Positions 22,053 through 32,862 are shown, counted from the stretch's first letter. The stretch is 51,479 nucleotides of DNA from an uncultured virus (IMG/VR IMGVR_UViG_2061766007_004248) (IMGVR_UViG_2061766007_004248), one strand, 5' to 3'. Notes: generated by a model not told the origin, from the sequence alone. A program made the numbers and translations.

Positions 22053-22281
22053 CCGTTACTATCGCTGTCTGCATCACCTCACCCAAGAAAAACTTGCGGA
22101 GTTGGCGGACATCAACGAGAAGTCCATTTCAGCCTACGAGAATGATACCCGCATTCCTCCGATCTTCACTCTGCTGGAGATCGCTCAGGCGCTCGGCGTG
22201 ACGATGGAACAACTGTGTGGAGTAGCTGATGAATTGAACATTGAGGAGGAGCTGCTTGATAGGTGCAGAATGTCACCGTAA
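22053..22281 (+). CDS. XRE-family HTH protein (5' end at gap)
   Basis: LTQEKLAELADINEKSISAYEND..IP....LLEIAQALGVTMEQL. Confidence 0.75.
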
Positions 22282-22407
22282 CGGGCCAGCAGGGACATAA
22301 TACCCGGCCAGCCAGAGACACAAATGCCGGCCGGAAAATGTCATAATACCCGGCCAGAAAGCATGGCAGACCACTATAATGGAAATACCTTTTCTCCNNN
22401 NNNNNNN

Positions 22408-23875
22408 CGGTCAGCTCGTAAGGGTGAACGATCCCATAGACAACACGGCGTTCGGAGCGGGCGGTATAGACCAGCCGGGTACGACCTGGATATACAGGTA
22501 TGACCACGGCGGGAATATCCTGGCCAAGGAAATATATGATTACACCACCGGCACTGTCGGTGCCGTGATACGCACGATCTCCTTCGCATACGGAGATACC
22601 AACTGGAAGGATAAACTGACGGTCTTTGACAATACGACATACACTTATGACGCGATAGGCAATCTGACGAACGACGGCTGGTGGACGTATACCTGGGAAG
22701 CGGGACGTCAGTTGAAGAAGCTGAGCCACGGCAGCGGTGATGACCTGGCAGAGATAGAGTTCACGTACAACCATGCCGGGATCAGGACGAAGAAGGTAAA
22801 GAAGCTGGGCGGTGTGCTGCAGACCACTACCGAGTACATATTGAACGGCGACAAGCTGGTGGAACTGATATATACAGACCACGCAAACAGTACGGTGGAT
22901 GTGCTCCACTTCTACTATGACGCCCAGGGCAAGCCTGCGATGGTGAAGCACAACGGAGTGATGTACGGTTACGTGTATAACCTGCAGGGGGATGTATTGG
23001 GGCTGACAGACAATACAAACGCCTTGGTTGCGGATTACAGGTATGACGCGTGGGGAGAACAGGGACCTGAGCTAAACGATGATGTGGGTTATCTGAATCC
23101 GTTCCGCTACAGGGGGTACATTTACGACAGAGAGACCGGAATGTATTACCTTAAGAGCAGGTACTATAACTCGATGATCTGCAGGTTTGTCTGCGCAGAT
23201 AGTTGTATGATAAACAAAGCAGCCATATCAGCGCATAATTATTACGCTTATTGTAAAAACAGACCAATTTCAAGGGTTGATACTAATGGATATGGTGATG
23301 TTTATGTGTTTTACTATAATCGTAAGGTATGTAATGAACCTTTAAAAAATGAAGCCTATAATTCGATGTATTATAATACCGAAGCAGATAATGTACACAT
23401 GATAGAAGTTGGCTATTCTATTGATTTTTATAAACAATGGGAAGCCATGGATGATAGTGACATAGATGCAGTATTTCTCGTCCTTCATGGGAGTCCGGGG
23501 AGGATAGCGTTTGATGAACGAAAAGGAGATTATATCTCATTTGAAGATGATGGTGGGGAGATATTGTTCTCTAGTTTTAGTTACAAGAAAATCAATGGGC
23601 CAATTTATGTATTAAGTTGTCATGCGGCTGAAAATAAGGGTGGCAAAAATGTCGCTGAATACTTTGCTGAATTATGTAATACAGTTTCATTTGGTTGTAA
23701 ATGCGGCGTTTCATACTCGAAGTTTCTATCAGATAAACAATATGCAGTAGAGGAACTCAAACATTTCTTTTTGCCTTGGGAGAGCAATTGGAGAATGTAT
23801 GATTATCGGAATGGAAGTAAAGACAGTTATATTATTGTAAGTAAATGGTTGACAGCCGACTATAGAGATTATTAG
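22408..23875 (+). CDS. Divergent Rhs core + C-terminal tip 5, putative caspase-like (clan CD) protease
   Basis: NPFRYRGYIYDRETGMYYL; PISRVDTNG; tip VFLVLHGSPG...IYVLSCHAA. Confidence 0.8.
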
Positions 23876-23934
23876 TTTTATGTTTGTATGAAGAAGCTTA
23901 TATTTGGATTAATAATNNNNNNNNNNATGGAGAA

Positions 23935-24634
23935 TCATTCAATTAAAGATGGATATTCTTTATAATGCTTTCCATCCAGTTCACTTCCACCCTGCGAGTG
24001 ATGAAAGCCTCCCCATTGTTTGAAGAAAAACGCGGTATTATTCTGTTGTGCCAGATCGCGAAGTTCAACTACCCATTCCTTCTTCAAAGGCCGACAACCA
24101 GCTCCTGACTCCCCTCCCACTATTAACCAATCAATTCCATTTAGATCTATATCTGCTATTGATTCCAGCAACGGCTCTGCAGATATAAACTTTATCTTAG
24201 CTTCAGTATTCTTCAAATGATCTACCCGAGATAATGACCTCGTATTTTCTACTGACACTCCCATCCATATGTTTCTTGTCCACTCTATCAGAGGAGCTAG
24301 ACTCTCCAGCCTTTTAGATCGTTTTGTCAACACTTGAAATGTATGTTGTTTCCCTTTGTTCATTATTTTAAATAGTTCCAGTATAACATCATCTGGCACA
24401 TCCTCGTGAAAGATATCAGACATGGAATTCACGAATATCATCTTTGGTTTTTTCCATTCAAGCGGCTTAGAAAAGAGATCTCTATGAATCGTAACATCAA
24501 ATCCGTTCTGATATCTAATATTTCCCATGGCCTTCAAGCGTTTTGCAAGATTAGCTGCATAGCAATGTTCACAACCTGCTGAATACTTTGTACAACCCGT
24601 TATCGGATTCCAAGTGGCTTCAGTCCATTCAATT
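23935..24634 (-). CDS. DUF5131 / phage Gp37-Gp68 family three-Cys protein (N-terminus at gap)
   Basis: IEWTEATWNPITGCTKYSAGCEHCYA, FVNSMSD.FH, LTKR, EPLL, GGESG, FFFKQWGG. Confidence 0.9.
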
Positions 24635-24644
24635 NNNNNNNNNN

Positions 24645-24774
24645 ACGGGATATCCGAAATTGCTGGATGGTCGACAAGGTCATCGCAGTTTTCAGTGGCA
24701 AACGCGGCGGAACGCTTAATACGATCCGGTATGCGAGAGAAAGAAAGGTGCCGGTAGAGTGCCTGGTGGGGTAA
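24645..24774 (+). CDS. C-terminal fragment of a SLOG/DUF1273-like protein
   Basis: My translation: IRNCWMVDKVIAVFSGKRGGTLNTIRYARERKVPV. Confidence 0.55.
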
Positions 24775-24933
24775 ATACACTTAGCGAACGAAACTATTAT
24801 TAGATATGCTCCCTTCTGAGGATACTTTTCTTATATCTTCAAAAGGGAGCATATTATTGTCAGGATCTGAAACAATTCTAGTATATGCTAATAGTCGAAC
24901 TACCAAACTAAGTGCTTGGATTCCGAATACATA

Positions 24934-25002
24934 TTATTTCGTCTTTTTTAGCAATTCAATAAGTATCACTATAGGTAAAAGGATAATAAAGAGCACCCAC
25001 AT
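24934..25002 (-). CDS. 22-aa hydrophobic peptide MWVLFIILLPIVILIELLKKTK
   Basis: AAAAGGAGA RBS; extended -10 TGCTATAAT at 25038-25046 (minus); below the ORF-track cutoff. Confidence 0.6.
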   Translation of the reverse strand: MWVLFIILLPIVILIELLKKTK

Positions 25003-25127
25003 ATTTCTATATCTCCTTTTTTAATAACCTTACTCAGATTATAGCATATCATAAATCGAGAATAAATATATAGTCTAATACAAGCAACGGTTAGTACGCT
25101 ATTGCATTATTGGCTAGAAAATTTTCG

Positions 25128-25156
25128 TTGTGTTCAATGCCTTTTTTTGATATAAT
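25128..25156 (+). promoter_or_regulatory. Sigma-A-like promoter of the defence operon
   Basis: TTGTGT-N17-TATAAT with extended TG. Confidence 0.5.
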
Positions 25157-25210
25157 TACTTTGGAGTTTTATAAAAAAGTTGGAAACGGCATTATAGGTC
25201 TTGACAACGT

Positions 25211-28200
25211 ATGATTAAAGTTATAGACAACATCAACAGCACACTTCGAGATGATTTAGCAGCCACGATACATAGGAACGATAAGGTTTCCATAGCGGCA
25301 GCTTATTTCTCTATGTACGCTTACCACGAGCTGAAAAAGCAATTAGAAGATGTGGATGAATTCCGGTTCATTTTCACGTCCCCGACTTTCATAAGTGAGC
25401 AAGAAGCGAAGCAGCGCCGAGAGTTTTATATACCGCGTCTTAATCGTGAACGTAGTCTGTATGGTACTGAATTTGAAGTAAAACTGCGCAATGAGATGAC
25501 GCAGAGATCTATTGCCAAGGAATGCGCCGACTGGATACGCAGAAAAGCCAAGTTTAAATCCAACATATCCGGCGACAATATGAGTGGTTTTATCACGGTT
25601 GCGGGCGAAAATGATCAAGCCATCTATATGCCCGCAACTGGATTCACAACCGTGGATCTGGGCTGTGAGCGCGGCAATAATGCCTACAACTTGGTCAATC
25701 GTATGGATGACGCGCCGGTAACGAATACCTATTTGCAGTTGTTCAATACGATATGGAATGACCACAGAAAGCTTCAGGATGTTACTGAAACGATCATTGA
25801 AAACATAGCCGCTGCCTACAAAGAGAACTCACCTGAATTCATATACTTCATTGCACTGTATAACGTGTTCAGCGAGTTCCTTGATGATATTTCTGAAGAT
25901 GTCTTGCCGAATGAGGCAACTGGGTTCAAGCAAAGCAAAATCTGGGAGATGCTTTACAATTTCCAAAGGGATGCGGTGCTTGCCATAATAAACAAACTTG
26001 AAAAATACAATGGCTGCATACTGGCGGACAGTGTTGGTCTCGGCAAAACATTTACTGCCCTGGCAGTCATAAAATACTACGAAGGCCGAAATAAGTCTGT
26101 GCTCGTGCTGTGCCCCAAGAAGCTGTCAGCAAACTGGAGCACATATAAGGGTAATTATGTCAATAACCCCATAGCGACTGACCGTCTGCGCTATGATGTG
26201 CTGTATCATACGGACTTATCGCGTGAGCGCGGATTATCTAACGTCATAGACCTTGCGTTGTTAAATTGGGGCAACTATGATTTGATAGTAATTGACGAGA
26301 GCCATAACTTCCGCAACGGAGAAGGCGGGGAGGGCGTCCACAAGGGCAAACGCGAGAACCGTTACCAGACCCTTATGCGAAAAGTAATACAGGCCGGTGT
26401 CAAAACTAAGGTACTGATGCTTTCGGCAACACCGGTCAATAACCGCTTTACTGATTTGCGCAATCAGCTTGCTCTGGCTTATGAAGGCAATTCGGATTTC
26501 ATCGACGAACGGCTTGATACCAGCAAGCCGATTGATGAAATCTTCAGACAGGCTCAGAAAGTGTTTAACACCTGGAGCAAGCTGGCACCTGAACAAAGAA
26601 CCACTGCTACTTTGCTCAAGATGCTGGACTTCGATTTCTTCGAAGTTTTAGATAGTGTTACCATAGCACGCTCCCGCCGTCATATAGAAAAGTATTACTC
26701 GACCGCTGAGATTGGCAAGTTTCCGGGGCGGTTAAAGCCCATCGCTCGCCGCCCGCATTTGACCGATCTGAGCAATGCCATCAATTACAACGACATATAC
26801 ACGATCCTGACGGAGCTGAACCTTACCGTCTATACGCCCTCCCATTTTATCTTGCCCTCCAGGCTCAGCAAATACATGGATGTGGATGACGAAGAGGCCA
26901 CGCACCTTACCATGCAAGGCCGTGAGCAAGGTATCCGTCGCCTCATGGCAATCAACCTGTTGAAGCGTCTGGAAAGCTCCGTCTTTTCTTTCCGCCTGAC
27001 GCTGGACCGCATCCGGGAATTCATCAACGAGACCATTCACGCAATCGAGCAATACAAGAGCGGCGCATGCGTGATGGACTTCTTCGAGGTTTCGGATGAG
27101 TCTCAATTTGACGATGACGATCAGAACGACGGCTTTTTCCAGATTGGCAAGAAGGTCAAGATCGACCTGGCAGACATGGACTATAAATCCTGGCTGCGAG
27201 AATTGACTGCGGACAGATTCAATCTGGAACTGCTTTCCTCCATGGTCGCCGATATCACGCCCATTCACGACACAAAGCTGCAAACATTGCTGCATACGAT
27301 CGACGATAAAATGGCTGCGCCGATCAACGACGGCAACAAGAAAATCATTATCTTCACGGCTTTTTCCGATACAGCTGATTATCTCTATGAGCATGTAAGT
27401 CAGTATGTCAAGAACAAATACCATCTGGACACGGCTGAGATAACCGGCAGTGTTGACGGCAAAACTACCATACCCAGACTGCACGGCGATCTAAATACAG
27501 TGTTGACGTGCTTTTCTCCGATCTCAAAAGGCAAAGAAATGCTGATGCCCGGCAGCACGAATGAAATCGATGTCCTTATAGCCACCGACTGTATCTCTGA
27601 AGGCCAAAACCTGCAGGATTGCGATTATCTTGTCAATTACGATATCCACTGGAATCCTGTGCGTATCATCCAGCGCTTCGGGCGTATTGACCGTATCGGC
27701 TCCCGAAACGCCCGCATCCAGCTGGTCAACTTCTGGCCGGATATGGATTTGGATGAATACATCAACCTGAAGGACCGCGTTGAGACACGCATGAAGATAT
27801 CCGTCATGACCTCCACCGGCGACGACAACCCCATCGATATGGAGGAAAAGGGTGACCTCGAATACCGTCGCCAGCAACTAAAGCGCTTGATGGACGAAGT
27901 TGTAGACATCGAAGATATGCAAAGTGGCATATCCATTATGGATTTGGGGCTGAATGAATTCCGCCTTGATCTCTTGGAATACATAAAACAACATGACGAT
28001 GTGGAACATGCGCCTCATGGCATGCATGCAGTTGTATCCTCTATGGATTATATGCAGCCGGGAGTTATCTTTGTTCTTCGGAACATCAGCAACGATGTGA
28101 ACATCGGCAATCAAAACCGCTTGCATCCATTTTACATGGTCTATGTTGGTGAAGATGGAGAAATCATCTGCGATCACTTGAGTCCCAAGGACTTGCTGGA

Positions 28201-28456
28201 CAAAATGCGCTTTATCTGCAAAGGGCATTCGGAACCCGAAAAAGCTCTCTGCAGCACCTTCAATCAGGAAACAAAAGATGGTAAGGACATGGGTTTATAT
28301 TCCGAACTGCTCTCAGATGCCATAGACTCCATCATACACGTAAAGGAAGAAAACGACATAGACAACTTTATCAGCGGAAAACAAACAAGCTTCCTGTCCG
28401 GCAAAATCAAGGGATTGGACGATTTTGAACTTATCTGCTTCCTGGTAATAAAGTGA
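25211..28456 (+). CDS. SNF2-family helicase associated with type III R-M
   Basis: LADSVGLGKT, DESHNFRN, SATP, SEGQNLQ, QRFGRIDRIG. Confidence 0.93.
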   Translation: MIKVIDNINSTLRDDLAATIHRNDKVSIAAAYFSMYAYHELKKQLEDVDEFRFIFTSPTFISEQEAKQRREFYIPRLNRERSLYGTEFEVKLRNEMTQRSIAKECADWIRRKAKFKSNISGDNMSGFITVAGENDQAIYMPATGFTTVDLGCERGNNAYNLVNRMDDAPVTNTYLQLFNTIWNDHRKLQDVTETIIENIAAAYKENSPEFIYFIALYNVFSEFLDDISEDVLPNEATGFKQSKIWEMLYNFQRDAVLAIINKLEKYNGCILADSVGLGKTFTALAVIKYYEGRNKSVLVLCPKKLSANWSTYKGNYVNNPIATDRLRYDVLYHTDLSRERGLSNVIDLALLNWGNYDLIVIDESHNFRNGEGGEGVHKGKRENRYQTLMRKVIQAGVKTKVLMLSATPVNNRFTDLRNQLALAYEGNSDFIDERLDTSKPIDEIFRQAQKVFNTWSKLAPEQRTTATLLKMLDFDFFEVLDSVTIARSRRHIEKYYSTAEIGKFPGRLKPIARRPHLTDLSNAINYNDIYTILTELNLTVYTPSHFILPSRLSKYMDVDDEEATHLTMQGREQGIRRLMAINLLKRLESSVFSFRLTLDRIREFINETIHAIEQYKSGACVMDFFEVSDESQFDDDDQNDGFFQIGKKVKIDLADMDYKSWLRELTADRFNLELLSSMVADITPIHDTKLQTLLHTIDDKMAAPINDGNKKIIIFTAFSDTADYLYEHVSQYVKNKYHLDTAEITGSVDGKTTIPRLHGDLNTVLTCFSPISKGKEMLMPGSTNEIDVLIATDCISEGQNLQDCDYLVNYDIHWNPVRIIQRFGRIDRIGSRNARIQLVNFWPDMDLDEYINLKDRVETRMKISVMTSTGDDNPIDMEEKGDLEYRRQQLKRLMDEVVDIEDMQSGISIMDLGLNEFRLDLLEYIKQHDDVEHAPHGMHAVVSSMDYMQPGVIFVLRNISNDVNIGNQNRLHPFYMVYVGEDGEIICDHLSPKDLLDKMRFICKGHSEPEKALCSTFNQETKDGKDMGLYSELLSDAIDSIIHVKEENDIDNFISGKQTSFLSGKIKGLDDFELICFLVIK

Positions 28457-28481
28457 GGAACAAACAATGTTNNNNNNNNNN

Positions 28482-29085
28482 CGACCTTGAATACCGCCGC
28501 CAGCAGCTGAAACGCCTGATGGACGAAGTCGTGGACATCGAGGATATGCAAAGCGGCATATCCATCATGGATCTGGGGCTGAATGAATTCCGCCTTGATC
28601 TCCTGGAATACATAAAACAGCACGGAGATGTAGAACATGCGCCGCACGGCATGCATGCTGTCGTGTCCTCCACGGATGAGTTGCAGCCGGGTGTTATCTT
28701 TGTGCTTCGGAACATCAGCAACGACGTGAACATTGGCAATCAAAACCGCCTGCATCCGTTTTACATGGTCTATGTAGAGGAGGACGGAGAAGTCATCTGC
28801 GATCACCTGAGCCCAAAGGACTTGCTGGACAAAATGCGCCTGATTTGTAAAGGGCATTCGGAACCCGAAAAAGAGCTGTGCCGCGTTTTCAATCAGGAAA
28901 CGAAGGATGGCAAGGACATGAGTGTATACTCAGAGTTGCTGTCCGATGCCATAGATTCCATTATACATGTAAAGGATGAAAACGACATTGACAGCTTCCT
29001 TAAGGGAAAACAGGTAAGCTTTGTTTCAGGCAAAATCAAGGGTCTGGATGATTTTGAGCTGATATGCTTTCTGGTAATCAAGTGA
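28482..29085 (+). other. Variant copy of the helicase 3' end (probable allele/assembly bubble)
   Basis: Highly similar to 27853-28456 with mostly synonymous changes; begins at a gap. Confidence 0.75.
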
Positions 29086-29091
29086 GGTATA

Positions 29092-29712
29092 ATGATGCTT
29101 GGGTTGCCGATAGCAACGGAAATACATAAAGTTATTCCCAAGAAAAAGGTGTTTGAGCACTTCGGCTCGGAAATGAGTTTAGAGCGCCGCAAGAGCTTTG
29201 ACGCCGATATTGCCCGCATTACCGTGGTAAATGAGGTGTCGCCCGCGACCGTGAACATCCCGGCGGGTGAGAGCGTACAAGGCTTTTTTGTAGTGCTGGC
29301 TACGCTGCGCAAAAAGGATTTTGATAAACAGAATGCCGCTTTCATTGCAAAGATGTTAGGTCAGAAGCTTCTGCTGGTACTGGAATACGATGAGAAGCAA
29401 GCGCTGGCCATCTGGCAAACCCGGCTGATACTAAAAGATTGGGCGGATGCCGGGCAATATCAGGTGAGTATTACCGGCCTTGATCTGGATAAGGTATGGG
29501 AGAACATCGTTGCCGAAGCTGCAGGCATTGAAGTCGCGCAGGGGCGGACTTTAAACGAACAGCTGGATGCACAGCAGAAGCGACAGAAGCTTGAAAAGGA
29601 AATCGCAAAGCTGGAAAAGCTGACATGGGCAGAGAAACAACCGAAGCGGAAAATGGAGTTATCTAAGAAAGCAAATCATCTGAAGCAAGAAATGGAGGCG
29701 CTATATCAGTGA
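29092..29712 (+). CDS. DUF4391 domain protein
   Basis: MLGLP...IPKKK.F..., GLDLDKVWENIV, LEKEIAKLEK...EKQPKRK; position between SNF2 helicase and Mod. Confidence 0.8.
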   Translation: MMLGLPIATEIHKVIPKKKVFEHFGSEMSLERRKSFDADIARITVVNEVSPATVNIPAGESVQGFFVVLATLRKKDFDKQNAAFIAKMLGQKLLLVLEYDEKQALAIWQTRLILKDWADAGQYQVSITGLDLDKVWENIVAEAAGIEVAQGRTLNEQLDAQQKRQKLEKEIAKLEKLTWAEKQPKRKMELSKKANHLKQEMEALYQ

Positions 29713-30710
29713 ATATTACTTTTCTGATTGGAAACGGTTTTGACCTTAATTTGGGTTTGAAGACCGGTTATAAAGACTTTCTTAAAGAATATATAAACGA
29801 AGGTCATGATAATGAGCTTTCAAAAGAAATACAGGATAATATTGACACATGGGCTGATTTGGAACGTCAGCTTGGTATTCATGCTGGAAATATAGCGGAA
29901 AATCAAGCTGAAACGTTTTTGGAAAACAAAGATGAACTTGAGGCTTCTCTTACTCGGTATTTACAAAATATATCAAAAACTAAACTATTAATAGATCAAA
30001 ATGGGGCATTAGAGTTTAGAGATAGGATTGTAGGTTTTTATGGGTATCTTACTGCACGAGAACAAGAACACTATCGGGCGATTATTCCCAAAATAACCGA
30101 AGCAATAAACTACGTTTTTGTAGATTTTAATTATACTGAATATCTTGATCAAATATTTGATGCTGTAAAAAAAGGAGTAAAAACGTTTGGCACTCATGTT
30201 GGGAACAATACCCAATACACTGATGAAATACTCAAACCCATACACATACATGGATATCTTGGTGATGGATTAATTCTTGGTATAAATGATGAAACACAGA
30301 TTCCAACTTCCATGGGCAGTGTTCCTCAATCGCTTATTGAATATATGTCAAAACCTTTGATCAATGAAAAACTAGGTAATCAAAGAGCAACTCGAGTCAA
30401 AAGCATAATTGATAAGAGCATATACATATGCGTTTACGGTATGTCGTTGGGCAACACAGATTTAGATTGGTGGACATATATAGCTGAATGGCTTTGTAAA
30501 TCTAGTGATCATAGGCTAGTTTTGTTTATGTATGACGATCCAACATTATCGATGCTTGGTGCAAGAGCAGTTCGTAAACAAGATAGTATTCGTAGACAAT
30601 TCCTAAAAATGGTTGGTCACGAACATGAGTACAACACATTATCACAGCAAATAATAGTACAACTAAACTCTCAAATATTCAATTTTGAGAAGATAAAGCT
30701 GGAGGCATAA
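29709..30710 (+). CDS. AbiH-family abortive infection protein (SIR2-like)
   Basis: ITFLIGNGFDLNLGLKTGY, FNYT, HIHG, YGMSLGNTD..WW; AT-rich. Confidence 0.85.
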   Translation: MNITFLIGNGFDLNLGLKTGYKDFLKEYINEGHDNELSKEIQDNIDTWADLERQLGIHAGNIAENQAETFLENKDELEASLTRYLQNISKTKLLIDQNGALEFRDRIVGFYGYLTAREQEHYRAIIPKITEAINYVFVDFNYTEYLDQIFDAVKKGVKTFGTHVGNNTQYTDEILKPIHIHGYLGDGLILGINDETQIPTSMGSVPQSLIEYMSKPLINEKLGNQRATRVKSIIDKSIYICVYGMSLGNTDLDWWTYIAEWLCKSSDHRLVLFMYDDPTLSMLGARAVRKQDSIRRQFLKMVGHEHEYNTLSQQIIVQLNSQIFNFEKIKLEA

Positions 30711-30712
30711 AT

Positions 30713-32710
30713 ATGGATAAGCTGAATATGCATACGCCTAATCTGGCCGATGAAAACTATAGAAAGCTGGCGGCGCTGTTTCCAAATGCCGTTACAGAGA
30801 CGAAAGACCCGGAAACCGGAGAAGTGGTAAGGGCTATCGACAAAGACGTGCTGATGCAGGAGATATCTGCGCGTGTAGTGGATGGGCGCGAAGAACGATA
30901 TCAGTTTACTTGGCCGGATAAGAGGAAAGCGGTATTAGCGGCAAACGCCCCTATCGCGGCGACGCTGCGTCCTATAAAAGCGGATAGCGTAGGCAAAGAC
31001 GGCACACCCGGTGGCTGGGATAGTGAGAACCTGTATATTGAGGGTGACAATCTGGATGTGCTAAAGCTGTTGCAGGAGACTTATCTGGGTAAGGTGAAGA
31101 TGATCTACATTGACCCACCTTATAATACGGGTAACGATTTCGTATATGAAGATGATTTTGCTGAAAATGCAGGGGATTACCTTGCCCGCAGCGGACAGTT
31201 TGATGAACAGGGTAATCGTTTGGAATCTAACACTGACAGCAATGGCCGTTTTCATACAGATTGGCTTAATATGCTGTATCCACGGCTAAAGCTCGCTAAA
31301 AGCCTTTTGACAGAAGACGGATTGATTTTCATCTCCATTGACGATAATGAGTTATTTAACTTGAAAAAGATATGCGATGAAGTATATGGAGAACGAAACT
31401 TTGTGAACCAATTTGCGTGGGTGTCTAACATAACTGGTCGTCAAATATCTGGGTATGGAGCAGCTAAAACCTGGGAAAGTATATTGGTATACGCGAAAAA
31501 TGTTGAAATGTCATCAAGCTTGACAGTAGATATTTCATTTGCAAAGAACAATATGCCGGACTCTTATAAAGGTTTCAATAAGGACATCCGTACTGACCAA
31601 CGTGGTCAGTTTGCTGTTGGTGATACTTTGTATAACCACAACAGACAATTTAATGAAGAAACAAGGCCCAACTTGGTTTTCAGTATCTTTTACAACCCTG
31701 AAACAGAAGAGATAGTTACCGGGGAGATCGGTGAGAATAAACCAGGGTTTATAGAACTACCCCCGCATAAAAATGGTGATGGTGTACATAAGTATCATGC
31801 CTGGCGTTGGTCGCGGCAAAAAATCGCCAATGAAAGCTATGATTTAATTGTTCTACCAAATGCGAGAGAAGGATATGAGATATATACCCGTATTCGGGAT
31901 TATAGTACAACACTATTAAAGGATATCATTACGAATATTCCAAACGGTGATGCTGAGGTACAGAAACTGTTTGACAATAAAAAGTATTTCGATTATCCAA
32001 AATCAGTAACGTTAATGAGTCTGCTAATCAACTCCATGGCCGATAAAGGCATGACCGTTATAGATTTCTTTTCTGGGTCAGGGACTACGGCACACGCTGT
32101 TATGAAGTTAAATGCACAAGATAGAGGTCGACGAAAGTTTATAATGGTTCAACTACCTGAACGGACGGATAAAGCAAGCACTGCATATAAGGCGGGATTT
32201 ACTACTATATGTGAGATAGGCAAAGAGCGCATCCGCCGTGCCGGACGCAAAATCAAAGAAGAAGCGGGGTTGACCGCGCCGGATTTGGATATCGGCTTCC
32301 GCGTGCTGCGGCTGGACAGCAGCAATATGCAGGACGTATATTATAATCCTGAAGCGCTTACGCAGGATATCGTCTCCATGAGCACGGACAACATCAAGCC
32401 TGACCGCACACCGGAAGATTTGCTGTTCCAAGTGATGCTGGATCTGGGGGTTGAGCTTTCCAGTACGATTGAAGAAAAAACGGTGGATGGCAAAAAGGTG
32501 TTCATCGTCAAGCCTGCCGGTATCGATCAAGAGTATCTGGTGGCGTGCTTTGACAACGACATCACCGACGAAACCGTCACCGCCATAGCCAAAATGAAGC
32601 CCTACTATGCCGTATTCCGCGATAGCGGCATGGCAAACGACAGCGTGGCAACCAACTTTGACCAGATCTTCAGAACGTATTCGCCGCAGACGGAGAGAAA
32701 GGTATTATAA
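30713..32710 (+). CDS. mod: Type III R-M methyltransferase (Mod)
   Basis: IEGDNLD.LK, IYIDPPYNTG, YPK, DFFSGSGTT; AT-richer central target-recognition region. Confidence 0.95.
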   Translation: MDKLNMHTPNLADENYRKLAALFPNAVTETKDPETGEVVRAIDKDVLMQEISARVVDGREERYQFTWPDKRKAVLAANAPIAATLRPIKADSVGKDGTPGGWDSENLYIEGDNLDVLKLLQETYLGKVKMIYIDPPYNTGNDFVYEDDFAENAGDYLARSGQFDEQGNRLESNTDSNGRFHTDWLNMLYPRLKLAKSLLTEDGLIFISIDDNELFNLKKICDEVYGERNFVNQFAWVSNITGRQISGYGAAKTWESILVYAKNVEMSSSLTVDISFAKNNMPDSYKGFNKDIRTDQRGQFAVGDTLYNHNRQFNEETRPNLVFSIFYNPETEEIVTGEIGENKPGFIELPPHKNGDGVHKYHAWRWSRQKIANESYDLIVLPNAREGYEIYTRIRDYSTTLLKDIITNIPNGDAEVQKLFDNKKYFDYPKSVTLMSLLINSMADKGMTVIDFFSGSGTTAHAVMKLNAQDRGRRKFIMVQLPERTDKASTAYKAGFTTICEIGKERIRRAGRKIKEEAGLTAPDLDIGFRVLRLDSSNMQDVYYNPEALTQDIVSMSTDNIKPDRTPEDLLFQVMLDLGVELSSTIEEKTVDGKKVFIVKPAGIDQEYLVACFDNDITDETVTAIAKMKPYYAVFRDSGMANDSVATNFDQIFRTYSPQTERKVL

Positions 32711-32747
32711 ACACGATAAAAATAAGTGTTAAATTAATAAATAAGTA

Positions 32748-32776
32748 TTGATTTTGTAATATATATAGCATATACT
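32748..32776 (+). promoter_or_regulatory. Sigma-A promoter upstream of the RNA-abiF-res unit
   Basis: TTGATT-N17-TATACT. Confidence 0.7.
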
Positions 32777-32782
32777 ATTAAT

Positions 32783-32842
32783 GTAAGAGCCCAGCACGCT
32801 GAGGTACTTAATAGTACATGCGGACCACGCTGGGACTTTTTA
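32783..32842 (+). ncRNA. Candidate abiF-associated structured RNA
   Basis: Outer stem AAGAGCCCAGC/GCTGGGACTTTT, inner hairpin GTACT-TAAT-AGTAC; lies between the promoter and the abiF RBS. Confidence 0.65.
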
Positions 32843-32862
32843 TATATTCAGAGGAACATTGT

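Noticed and set aside
27853..29085. Apparent tandem duplication of the helicase C-terminus
   Set aside because: The copies are separated by a 10-N gap and both lead into an RBS + ATG; best explained as two alleles in an assembly bubble
30713..32710. Phase-variable mod (phasevarion)
   Set aside because: No simple-sequence repeat tract seen in or upstream of mod
32818..32862. Longer N-terminus of AbiF in the ORF track
   Set aside because: That ATG is inside the RNA hairpin with no RBS; ATG 32863 has GAGGA upstream
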